Assembly (NCBI RefSeq): GCF_030028105.1
Contig: NC_092381.1
Location: 41,579,474-41,643,473 of the forward strand
Origin: Mobula birostris
Lineage: Eukaryota
DNA: 64,000 nt
Reading direction: 5' to 3'
Shown here piece by piece: positions 38,449 to 49,552 of the stretch (positions are counted from its first letter, which is position 1; each line of letters starts with the position of its first letter). Both the position numbers and the translations under genes were made by a program. The notes beneath the pieces are model-generated. The model had not been told where the DNA came from and searched no databases. It was given only the letters and a program-made list of their open reading frames with translations.

Positions 38449-39592
38449 TCAGATTTTCACTTATTTGTGGAGATTTCATGTGAAGGCCAGCTAGTGTGTT
38501 CACTTAACATAACTTGGTTGAACTGTTGCTAAACACCTTATTTGTGTGCATGAAGAATGGCAGACTCAAAGCAGTTCTAAGGCAGTTCCAGGCTACTCTC
38601 ATAATGTTCACTGGCAGTTCTGTTTAGAACTTAATTCTTCAAATGTAATGTCCAACTGGCCCGATTTTAGAATGTAAAAAGTTTTTTTTTCCCCTATTTA
38701 TTTCTAGGTATTCTGTATAAGGAACATTTTCAATGAAGAAATTCATTTGAAAGTCCTGTCATTAGGTTTGAAAATAAAAATATTAATTGTTTCGTTATAC
38801 ATTTGCAAGCATTATTTAAAGCAAGTTTTCATTTCTTAAAACATGTTTTCACCAAGGTCAGCTAGTGCCCCAAGGAATTCACATCTGCTTCAACATGAAC
38901 CTATCCCAGTAATTGGTTTGCCAGATTTTCAGCAGGGGGTTTGCAACAACCCTGTAGTGCTGTTTCAGGAAGAGAGCCAGCCCCAGACCTCCTCAGTGCG
39001 ATGCCAGCAGCTCTGACCACTCAGTCATTTCCTCCCACTGAAAAGAAGTCAAAAAAAGTATGTGAAGATTCGCAGATGTTACCAATTTAAAGTTCCCCCA
39101 ATGCCAATGTTTTCAGGGGGTTGATAGGATAGCTTCTAATGTCATATGCTAAGTATAAAGTTGTGACTTTCTGCCACAGTGTGAAGGATTATGCCTCTTT
39201 TAGCAAAGACATTAATGATTGCGCACTTAAATCAGGCTAATTGAGAGTATCTCAGAAAGCTCTGTTCTTTTCTTCCAGAAAATCCCATGTGTTTTTTGGT
39301 CTAACACAAACAGGCAGACAAGAACTAGATTTAATGTTTCAGGTAACATCCAGAGTCTTTGACAATCCCATACCAATATGTTAGCCTAGATCTGCAGTGA
39401 TGCCCGCTCTGATACCTTGTTACTGATGCCCGGCAGCTTTTAGAAACAGTTCATGATCCACAATTCCAGAAACTGATCGACAATATAGTGTCCCAGTATG
39501 TTTTAAGAACACCTTGGTTTCTTAAATATACAAGCTTTCCATAGATAGAGCAAAGCGATCCCACGCCAATGGATCAGGTCCAATGAACCTGA

Positions 39593-39753
39593 ACGAGTTA
39601 GATATGGCCCTGGTGGCTAAAGGGATCAGGGGGTATGGAGGGAAGGCTGGTGCAGGGTTCTGAGTTGGATGATCAGCCATGATCATACTGAATGGCGGTG
39701 CAGGCTCGAAGGGCCAAATGGCCTACTCCTGCACCTATTTTCTATGTTTCTAT
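39593..39753 (+). mobile_element. CR1 3' end
   Basis: Same family tail as the adjacent - strand CR1. Confidence 0.88.
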
Positions 39754-39976
39754 GATCTGCCTTGCAGTCCTGCTGTGTCCGGTAGTGAATGGAGGTGGGC
39801 AATTAAACAACTTACTGGAGGAGGAGGCTCTACAAATATCCTCATGATCAACAATGGGTGAGCTCAGCACCTCAGTACAAGGCATACGATATAGAAAGGG
39901 CTAAGGGCCCTCACAACATTAAGACTGTAAAACTAAAGACTTGCAAAGTGTCAGAAGGGGCAATCAATAGTGTTAC

Positions 39977-42900
39977 AGAAACATAGAAACATAGAAAATA
40001 GGTGCAGGAGTAGGCCATTCGGCCCTTCGAGCCTGCACCGCCATTTATTATGATCATGGCTGATCATCCAACTCAGAACCCCACCCCAGCCTTCCCTCCA
40101 TACCCCCTGACCCCCGTAGCCACAAGGGCCATATCTAACTCCCTCTTAAATATAGCCAATGACCTGGCCTCAACTGCTTCCTGTGGCAGAGAATTCCACA
40201 GATTCACCACTCTCTGTGTGAAGAAGTTTTTCCTAATCTCGGTCCTAAAAGGCTTCCCCTCTATCCTCAGACTGTGGCCCCTCGTTCTGGACTTCCCCAA
40301 CATCGGGAACAATCTTCCTGCATCTAGCCTGTCCAATCCCTTTAGGATCTTATACGTTTCAATCAGATCCCCCCTCAATCTTCTAAATTCCAACGAGTAC
40401 AAGCCCAGTTCATCCAGTCTTTCTTCATATGAAAGTCCTGCCATCCCAGGAATCAATCTGGTGAACCTTCTTTGTACTCCCTCTATGGCAAGGATGTCTT
40501 TCCTCAGATTAGGGGACCAAAACTGCACACAATACTCCAGGTGTGGTCTCACCAAGGCCTTGTACAACTGCAGTAGTACCTCCCTGCTCCTGTACTCGAA
40601 TCCTCTCGCTATAAATGCCAGCATACCATTCGCCTTTTTCACGGCCTGCTGTACCTGCCTGCCCACTTTCAATGACTGGTGTATAATGACACCCAGGTCT
40701 CGTTGCACCTCCCCTTTTCCTAATCGGCCACCATTCAGATAATAATCTGTTTTCCTATTTTTGCCACCAAAGTGGATAACTTCACATTTATCCACATTAA
40801 TTTGCATCTGCCATGAATTTGCCCACTCACCCAACCTATCCAAGTCACCCTGCATCCTCTTAGCATCCTCCTCACAGCTAACACTGCCCCCCAGCTTCGT
40901 GTCATCCGCAAACTTGGAGATGCTGCATTTAATTCCCTCATCCAAGTCATTAATATATATTGTAAACAACTGGGGTCCCAGCACTGAGCCTTGCAGTACC
41001 CCACTAGTCACCGCCTGCCATTCTGAAAAGGTCCCGTTTATTTCCACTCTTTGTTTCCTGTCTGCTAACCAACTCTCCACCCACACCAATACCTTACCCC
41101 CAATACCGTGTGCCTTAAGTTTGCACACTAATCTCCTGTGTGGGACCTTGTCAAAAGCCTTCTGAAAATCCAAATATACCACATCCACTGGTTCTCCCCT
41201 ATCCACTCTACTAGTTACATCCTCAAAATATTCTATGAGATTCGTCAGACATGATTTTCCTTTCACAAATCCATGCTGACTTTGTCCGAACATTTCACCG
41301 CTTTCCAAATGTGCTGTTATCACATTCTTGATAACTGACTGCAGCAGTTTCCCCACCACCGACGTTAGGCTAACCGGTCTATAATTCCCCGGTTTCTCTC
41401 TCCCTCCTTTTTTAAAAAGTGAAGTTACATTAGCCACCCTCCAATCCTCAGGAACTAGTCCAGAATCTAACGATTTTGAAAAATTATCACTAATGCATCC
41501 ACTATTTCTTGGGCTACTTCCTTAAGCACTCTGGGATGCAGACCATCTGGCCCTGGGGATTTATCTGCCTTCAATCCCTTCAATTTACCTAACACCACTT
41601 CCCTACTAACATGTATTTCGCTCAGTTCCTCCATCTCACTGGACCCTCTGTCCCCTACTATTTCTGGAAGATTATTCATGTCCCCCTTAGTGAAGACAGA
41701 ACCAAAGTAATTATTCAATTGGTCTGCCATGTCCTTGCTTCCCATAATCAATTCACCTGTTTCTGTCTGCAGGGGACCTACATTTGTCTTTACCAGTCTT
41801 TTCCTTTTTACATATCTATAAAAGCTTTTACAGTCCGTTTTTATGTTCCCTGCCAGTTTTCTCTCATAATCTTTTTTCCCCTTCCTAATTAAGCCCTTTG
41901 TCCTCCTCTGCTGAACTCTGAGTTTCTCCCAGTCCTCAGGTGAGCCACTTTCTCTGGCTAATTTGTATGCTTCTTCTTTGGAATTGATACTATCCCTAAT
42001 TTCTCTTGTCAGCCACGGGTGCACTACCTTCCTTGATTTATTCTTTTGCCAAACTGGGATGAACAATTGTTGTAGTTCATCCATGCAATCTTTAAATGCT
42101 TGCCATTGCATATCCACCGTCAATCCTTTAAGTGTCATTTGCCAGTCTATCTTAGCTAATTCACGTCTCATACCTGCAAAGTTACCCCTCTTTAAGTTCA
42201 GAACCTTTGTTTCTGAATTAACTATGTCACTCTCCATCTTAATGAAGAATTCCACCATATTATGGTCACTCTTACCCAAGGGGCCTCTCACGACAAGATT
42301 GCTAATTAACCCTTCCTCATTGCTCAAAACCCAGTCCAGAATAGCCTGCTCTCTAGTTGGTTCCTCGACATGTTGGTTCAAAAAACCATCCCGCATACAT
42401 TCCAAGAAATCCTCTTCCTCAGCACCTTTACCAATTTGGTTCACCCAATCTACATGTAGATTGAAGTCACCCATTATAACTGCTGTTCCTTTATTGCACA
42501 CATTTCTAATTTCCTGTTTAATACCATCTCCGACCTCACTACTACTGTTAGGTGGCCTGTACACAACTCCCACCAGCGTCTTCTGCCCCTTAGTGTTACG
42601 CAGCTCTACCCATATCGATTCCACATCTTCCCGGCTTATGTCCTTCCTTTCTATTGCGTTAATCTCTTCTTTAACCAGCAACGCCACCCCACCTCCCCTT
42701 CCTTCATGTCTATCCCTCCTGAATATTGAATATCCCTGAACGTTGAGCTCCCATCCCTGGTCACCCTGGAGCCATGTCTCTGTGATCCCAACTATATCAT
42801 AATCATTAATAACAATCTGCACTTTCAATTCATCCACCTTATTACGAATGCTCCTTGCATTGACACACAAAGCCTTCAGGCGCTCTTTTACAACTCTCTT

Positions 42901-43150
42901 AGCCCTTATACAATTATGCTGAAAAGTGGCCCTTTTTAATGCTTGCCCTGGATTTGTCGGCCTGCCACTTTTACTTTTCTCCATAGCACTTTTTGCTTCT
43001 ACCCTCACTTTACACCCCTCTGTCTCTCTGCACTGGTTCCCATCCCCCTGTTGTGAACTAACCTCCTCACGTCTAGCCTCTTTAATTTGATTCCCACCCC
43101 CCAACCATTCTAGTTTAAAGTCACCTCAGTAGCCCCCGCTAATCTCCCTA
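39977..43150 (-). mobile_element. Young CR1 LINE, truncated in the last codons of ORF1
   Basis: GRLAGATEVTLN* ORF1 end at ~43150-43110; complete ORF2; 3' stem-loop and (TTTCTATG)n tail. Confidence 0.95.
40073..43104 (-). pseudogene. CR1 ORF2 (APE endonuclease + reverse transcriptase) with a single frameshift near 41473
   Basis: 545-aa ORF (NARSIRNK, GITETWL, YRPP, GDFN, SDH) plus 454-aa ORF ([33 protein letters not shown]); adding one base restores FQ.SLDSGLVPEDWRVANV. Confidence 0.93.
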
Positions 43151-43176
43151 TCAAGCAGGACTTACTTAAAACTAAC

Positions 43177-43328
43177 ACTCACAACACGCTGGAGGAACTC
43201 AGCAGGTCGGGCAGCATCCGTGGAAACGATCAGTCGTCGTTTCCACGGATGCTGCCCGACCTGCTGAGTTCCTCCAGCATGTTGTGAGTGTTGCTTTGAC
43301 CCCAGCATCTGCAGATTGTTTTGTGTTC
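43177..43328. mobile_element. Short PLE palindrome of a divergent subfamily
   Basis: 56-bp arms 43174-43229 and 43237-43292, 7-nt loop; TSD ACTTAAAAMTAAC at 43164-43176 and 43329-43341. Confidence 0.8.
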
Positions 43329-43396
43329 ACTTAAAAATAACTTCAGTACAGCTTCAATCCAGACATAGCTGAATTCCAGAGGTGAAGTGGGAGTAA

Positions 43397-44114
43397 AGGC
43401 TGATTTATACTTCTATGTAGTAGCCTACGCTGTTGTGAGAATTTAAACTTGTGCATTGGTGTGTCTGCGTTGCTCTGCAATTCACCGCCAAATGCTAGTT
43501 GGCAGTGGGGTTTCTATGCCACAGTGTTGAGTTTCTTCGTGTTGAAACTCAACACGAAGAAACTCAAACTTCAAACAATGGCGACTGAAACTGAAGGAGG
43601 GTGAATTTTCTGTGCTTGTCTGGCCACTGAGAGACAGGGACGAGGAAATGCATTTCAAATATTTTCAGATGTCGGCAGGTAGATTTGATGATTTGGTTCA
43701 TCGTCTCCAACCACTTATTTCGCATCAGTGTACGCATGGTATACTCAGAGACTGACAATGACCATTCGAGTTTTAGCTTCAGGTGGAAGTTAATAGGCTG
43801 TAGCAGCTAGCTACAAACTGGCATCAAGCACAGGGTCCTCCATAATTTCAGAGGTCTGTAAAGCTTTATGGAAAGCATTGTAGCCAGAGTTCCTTCCCTG
43901 CCCTTCAGTTGCCCAATGGGAAGCTTTTGCAGAGTAGGAGGAAATGCGATGCTACCAAGCGGACCAATCACAGTTGTTGCGGTCTGTGTCGCAGCGACAC
44001 GTAGATACATTTTTGGGGGAGGTGTGCATCAGGGTAGGGCATAGGGTATGGTGTAGGGTATGCAGGTACGCCGTACCTACAGCGTCGATTTGTCGCAGAA
44101 GTATAAATTGGCCT
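43397..44114 (+). mobile_element. PIF/Harbinger deletion derivative
   Basis: 18-bp TIR AGGCYRATTTATACTTCT, TAA TSD (43394-43396, 44115-44117); internal transposase remnant FKYFQMS..RFDDL...RL..TIRVLASG.S....STGSSIISEVCKALW. Confidence 0.88.
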
Positions 44115-45944
44115 TAACTGCCCCTGACATCAAAGTAGCATATGATCAAGTGTGTCATCAAGGAGCCCTGGCTGTACTGTGATCTATGGGAATCAGGGAG
44201 AGGGCCCTCTGCTGGGTGGGAGATGACTCGGCTGGCTGGAGGTCAATCATTTCAGCACAGGACATCTGTACAGCAGTTCCTCAGGGGAATGCCCTAGGTC
44301 TAACCATTGACAATGGCTTCATAAATGACATTTTAATTAATTTATTTATTTTATTGTCAGGTCAGAAGTGGGAATACTGGCTGCTGATTGCACAATGTTC
44401 AGCACCATTTGTGACTCCCAGATGTGGACAATACCTAGGCCTGGACTGAAACATTTCTGCCATACAAGTGCTAGACCACAACAAAATCCAACAAGTGAAG
44501 ATCCAGTTATCATCATTGACCAGAAACTGAACTGGAGCAGCCATATACGTACTGTTACTACAAGAATAAGTCAGAGGCTAGGAATCCTGAAGCAAGCATC
44601 TCACCTCCTAATTTCCCAAAGCCTATCCACCATCTCAAGTCAGGAGTCTGATAGAATGCTCTCTACTTGCCTGGATGCATGTTACTTCAGCAAGAAGTAT
44701 AGGGCATAAAAGCTCATTTGGTAGGCACCACATCCACAACCATTCACTCACTTTATCACTGTTGCACAGTAGCAGCAGTTTAACCATTTACTGCACTTCT
44801 GTAGATTTTCTTGTGCCTACAGAGCTATAGCATTCAATGTGGTAAAATAGAGGCACAGTATTTGAGTTTTATCCTTAGATACTTTTAGAAGTACTAGCAA
44901 ACAAGAATTATCCACTATGGCAAGGCATTTTATATCAATTTGGTTTCAGCTTGGATCAACATCAACAACAACAGAACAGGTGCTGAGAAGCCTTAAAGAT
45001 TTTATTGTTTTTATTTCCTCATCTAAGATGCATTCTATTGCTAGTGTCTAATTTCTTTCATCTGGTTTCACATCTGAAATTTTACTGAAACGAAGTATCC
45101 CTCTGTAACTACTGAAATTATGCTTATTCATCAGGAACGTTATTCGAAATTATAACAGTGCGACATTCAAAACTTTATCAAACAGCTGACACAGGGACCA
45201 AGCAGGTAAGAGAAAGAGCTGAGGTACTATTTGCTCAGCCCAATATTGGAAGTACAGTGCAAAGCTTAGTTTTAGATCAATGCAATTTCTCTATTATAGC
45301 TACTGGACTAGTACGTTATAGCAATAGCTCCTCACCCCAATGTATTTTATTAAGGTCAGTAGCTGGAAGTGTTTCACATTCTCAACAAAGGCAGATTAAT
45401 CCTGAGATGGTCAGGAGTATGTGTAGAATTCAATATGTAGCAAGGAAGGATTATTGTAATTTGTTAACTTTAAGTAATTGGATTTTATTTACCATTTACT
45501 TTAAGTTCCTCTTCAGGGTTTCTGTACAGCTGGTGATAATTCATATATCAGCAAATTATAAATGGAAAATGATAGGGAAGAAAACTGTCTCACAGAATAA
45601 AACTTCAGCTGTGACTTTCCTCCATGTTCATGGTATATTACAGTTTTGTTACATTTTACAAATAGAAATTGCATACGAGTAAGTGTAAACTCTAGATAAT
45701 TCCGATTTGTAAGTAGGTAAAGTCCCGAAGATATGGGTGTCATGAAAGACTGACTTTTTAAAAACACAACCTTGAAACACCGTGAGTTAAGTTAGAGCAA
45801 TTTATCTCTCTGTTCCACTCAGATCTCTAAAATTAATGTTGACAACCATTTGTTAATGCAGCTGATCTCTGTACATTTGGGCGAACTGATCAAAAAGGTG
45901 AAAGACAGCGGCTAATCTTATCAAGTCAAAATATTCTTCAAAGA

Positions 45945-46220
45945 CATAACAGAGTAGATGGATTGTTTTCGCTGGTTGAGGTGTCTAGGATAACCTAGAA
46001 CAAAAATGAGGAGGAATGTCTTCACTCATGAAATTAAGTATCTAAGATGGCTGGGGAGGCTTGGTCCCTGAGTATTTTCAAGATGGTTATTCATAGATTT
46101 TTAAATAATAAAAAAGATCAAAGGATATTGACTGCAAGAAAAAGGCGCTGCTGCACTAAATGATCACCTGTAATCTTATTGCATGACAGAGCAATTACAA
46201 GAGGCTGACATGTTCTTATG
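45945..46220 (+). mobile_element. Very old CR1 3' fragment
   Basis: Degenerate ATGAGGAGGAATGTCTTCACTCA...ATAGATTTTT motifs. Confidence 0.5.
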
Positions 46221-46350
46221 CTTCGTGCATGAAGTCTAACCTCTAAGGTCTTTAAACTCATGAGATGGGGGACCAAGTGATTATTGCCTGGAGTAAAGTG
46301 GCACTGGTGCTGTCAACAGTTCTTCTGCTTACAAGACACTAGATATTCTT

Positions 46351-48732
46351 TAAAAACGCAAACACGAGGAAACCTGCAGATGCTGGAAATTCAAACAACA
46401 CACATAAAATTTGCTGGTGAACGCAGCAGGCCAGGCAGCATCTGTAGGAAGCGGTACAGTCAACGTTTTGGGCCGAGACCCTTCGTCAGGACTAACTGAA
46501 AGAAGAAAAAGTAAGAGATTTGAAAGTGAGAGGGGGAGGGGGAGATCCAAAATGATAGGAGAAGACAGGAGGGGGAGGGATGGAGCTAAAAGCTGGAAAG
46601 TTGATTGGCAAAAGGGATACGAGGCTGGAGAAGGGAGAGGATCATGGGACAGGAGGCCGAGGGAGAAAGAAAGGGTGGGGGGAAGCCCAGAGGATGGGCA
46701 AGGAGTTATAGTGAGAGGGACAGAGGGAGAAAAAAGAGGAAAAAAGGGGGAATGGAAAAAAACATAATAAATAAATAAACAAACAAACAAACAAACAAAC
46801 AAATAAATAAATAAATAAAACGAATAAATAAATAAATAAATAAATAAATAAGGGATTGGGTATGAAGGGGAGGTTGGGCGTTAATGGAAGTTAGAGAAGT
46901 CAATGTTCATGCCATCAGGTTGGAGGCTACTGTGAGGGGATCCAGGAGTACCCCTATTAACTGCAGAGTGACATTTATCATTGATGGTTTGTTTGGGAAG
47001 GAGAGAGAGACAGAGTTATTTACCACCGATATGTTGCTTTTGAAAAGAGAGAGAGGGAGATACGAAGATCAACAGTTGGACTGTCACTTTAAGGCATTGG
47101 AAGTAACCTTGGATTTCTACTGAGTTTGGAGTTGGAGACAGCACTGAGCAGCTCGAAAGTTGCTATAGTGACCGAAGACTGGTTGTTGATGTTACTTTCG
47201 AGGACTTGTTGCCTGCTTGTGCACTTTTTTGCAGACAAGGGAAGGAGGGCCTCTTAATGACAGGTGATGGTCAGCCTGGTGAAATAAATGGGAGGTCAGA
47301 TGATACAGACCACAGACACATGATCTGGACACTGAATGAGCATTGTTGTGCCCGCAGAGAAAGTGGGTTTTGGAGGATCAATCAGGCGGATTGATCCAAA
47401 TTGCTATTCCAACAGTGAAGAAGGGGTTGACTGGTGGGGAGTTGTTTATGTGTCCACCCTCGCCTGGGTGATAGCTCCACCACAGGAAAACCGGTCCCCC
47501 TAGTTAAAGTCACAGTCGGTGACTTGTAAAGGATTTCGGAGGACGACGAGAAGATCGACAGCATCAGCTTACCTGAAGATTCAACTCACTCTCTCTCTCT
47601 CTCTCTCTCTCTCCATCACTACTCAACTCAATACCACGAACTGAACTGAACTTTACTCAACATCGTAAAACTGTATCTTTTTACCCCTAGACTTAAAGAA
47701 GCTTGGTTTTCATACATATATGTATATATTCCACACTTACTTTTATATATAATCATTGCTAACCTGTTTGATTTATCTACATTTATATTACTGTATTGTG
47801 TAGTTACTAATAAATATTAGTAGTGTATAGCAATACGAGACTCCAAAGTGCTTTCCATCTCTGCTGGTTCTTTACTCCCGTCACAGGGTACGTGACACTA
47901 CCCAGATGGAATATAAGGTGTTGTTCCTCCACCCTGAGTGTGGCTTCATCTTGACAGCAGAGGAGGCCGTGGATAGACATATCAGAATGGGAATGGGACA
48001 TAGAATTAAAATGTGTGGCCACGGGGAGATCCTGCTTTCTCTGGTGGACAGAGCGTAGGTGTTCAGCGAGACGTTCTCCCAGCCTGTGTCAGGTGCTCCC
48101 AATGCGGCCTTCTATATATTGGCGAGTCCACATATTTTAATTCTACATCCCATTCCCATTCTGATATGTCTATCCACAGCCTCCTCTACTGTCAAGATGA
48201 AGTCACACTCAGGTTGGAGGAACAACACCTTATATTCCATCTGGGTAGCCTCCAACCTGATGGCACGAACATTGACTTCTCTAACTTCCGTTAATGCCCC
48301 ACCTCCCCTTCGTACCCCATCCTTTATTTATTTATCTATCTATCTATCTATCTATCTATTTATTTATTTATTATTATGTTTTTTTTTTCTTTCCCTTTTT
48401 TTTTATCTCTCTTTTTTCTCCCTCTGTCCCTCTCACTATAGCTCCTTGCCCATCCTCTGGGCTCCCCCCCCCATTGCTTTCTCCCTAGGCCTCCTGTCCC
48501 ATGATCCTCTCCCTTCTCCAGCCTCGTATCCCTTTTGCCAATCAACTGTCCAGCTCTTGGCTCCATCCCTCCCCCTCCTGTCTTCTCCTATCATTTTGGA
48601 TCTCCCCCTCCCCCTCCCCCTCCCACTTTTCAATCTCTTACTTTCTCTCCTTTCAGTTAGTCCTGACAAAGGGTCTTGGCCCGAAATGTTGACTGTACCT
48701 CTTCCTATAGATGCTGCCTGGCCTGCTGCGTT
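46351..48732. mobile_element. PLE inverted-repeat insertion with GIY-YIG fragments, interrupted by a solo LTR
   Basis: Exact 14-bp TSD CACTAGATATTCTT at 46337-46350 and 48733-48746; ORF 48013-48294 RCSQCGLLYIGES...RLEEQHLIFHLGSLQPDG; hammerhead motifs at 46458-46493 (-) and 48659-48694 (+). Confidence 0.9.
46931..47897 (+). mobile_element. Solo LTR (967 bp; Gypsy- or ERV-like)
   Basis: TGT...ACA termini; 4-bp TSD CTAC at 46927-46930 and 47898-47901; AATAAA near 47809; host PLE sequence resumes exactly. Confidence 0.85.
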
Positions 48733-48799
48733 CACTAGATATTCTTAACTACTTGGGTAAGGTGAATTAATTATCCTTCTTCCTTTCCTCTTGACTGGT

Positions 48800-49552
48800 C
48801 TCCCTCTCCCTCTTACTTGCTGCTGCCAGAGGAAGGCACAGGGATCTTGGGTCTTGTGCAAGGTTTGATCGGTCTCATTTGTGGAATAGACTCATTTTTA
48901 GAGGACCCTGCAGTTCCTGTTATATGTGTCTCTGGTTTCTCGTTACTCCTTCTTTGATTGCTATTTTGTGTGATCTTGGTGGAAGTGATCTGTGGCCTGT
49001 GGACATTGAATGACACAGTGCTAAATTGAACTGAACTGAACTGAACTGAACTGAACTGAACTAAACTGACCACTCCTAGATGGTTTCAAGGATTCTGTGG
49101 TTTTGTAGCGGTGTGCTACACACAGCACTAGAATAACAACACGTAGTCGGTGAGTTGGAATTGAGATAAAAGGGATTTATTCAAACTTCGCGGCCTCCTT
49201 TAAAGCCTTTCCGTTCCTGCCCTCCCGGGGCGGGACTGCTGTGGGGAATGCATATTCGCAGACCCTTCCCACGCGTGGGTTTTTTCCCCTGCTGGTGAAG
49301 ATGGCCTGGCGCCATTTCGTGAACTGATTCGAGTGTGCTGGAAAGTGGGTCGCCACAGTTTGATATTTAATATTCTGTGTTTATTTGCTTGTTGTTTTTG
49401 GCATTTGCTTGATTTGTTTTTTTTTTGCCTGTGATGCTTTCTGTGAACAGGTTCCATAGTGTTTCTTTGTTTAGTGGCTGTCTGCAGGAAGACAAATGCC
49501 AGGGATGAATACTGCGTAAATATTTTGATAATAAATGTGCTTTGATCTTTGA
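48800..49552 (+). mobile_element. SINE-like LINE-tail element with (CTGAA)n microsatellite
   Basis: (CTGAA)n at ~49027-49069; tail GATAATAAATGTGCTTTGATCTTTG. Confidence 0.55.
49104..49357 (-). mobile_element. Short solo LTR (254 bp, Gypsy-like)
   Basis: TGTAGCG...CGCCACA imperfect inverted termini; 4-bp TSD GTTT at 49100-49103 and 49358-49361; AATAAA on the - strand. Confidence 0.8.

Larger units (their letters stand above)
39540..44790 (+). mobile_element. Ancient CR1/L2-group LINE fragmented by four younger insertions
   Basis: Remnants at ~39540-39590, 39755-39975, 43340-43393 and 44118-44790 (TA.DIK.A.D.V.HQGAL, VPQG..LG.T....FIND motifs). Confidence 0.55.

Noticed and set aside
1683-38463. 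CTGA/TCAG appearing in several PLE TSDs as a target preference
   Set aside because: Position and orientation vary and the sample is too small.
38708-38766. Strong + strand acceptor followed by a short open frame (similar at ~59831 and 28021)
   Set aside because: Donor sites weak or absent; expected by chance in AT-rich DNA.
40050-42739. Long + strand ORFs (230, 134 and 258 aa)
   Set aside because: Antisense shadows of CR1 ORF2.
45135-45682. 174-aa + strand ORF and AG...CAG|GTAAGA exon-like segment at 45135-45205
   Set aside because: No recognisable protein, weak acceptor and no partner exons.
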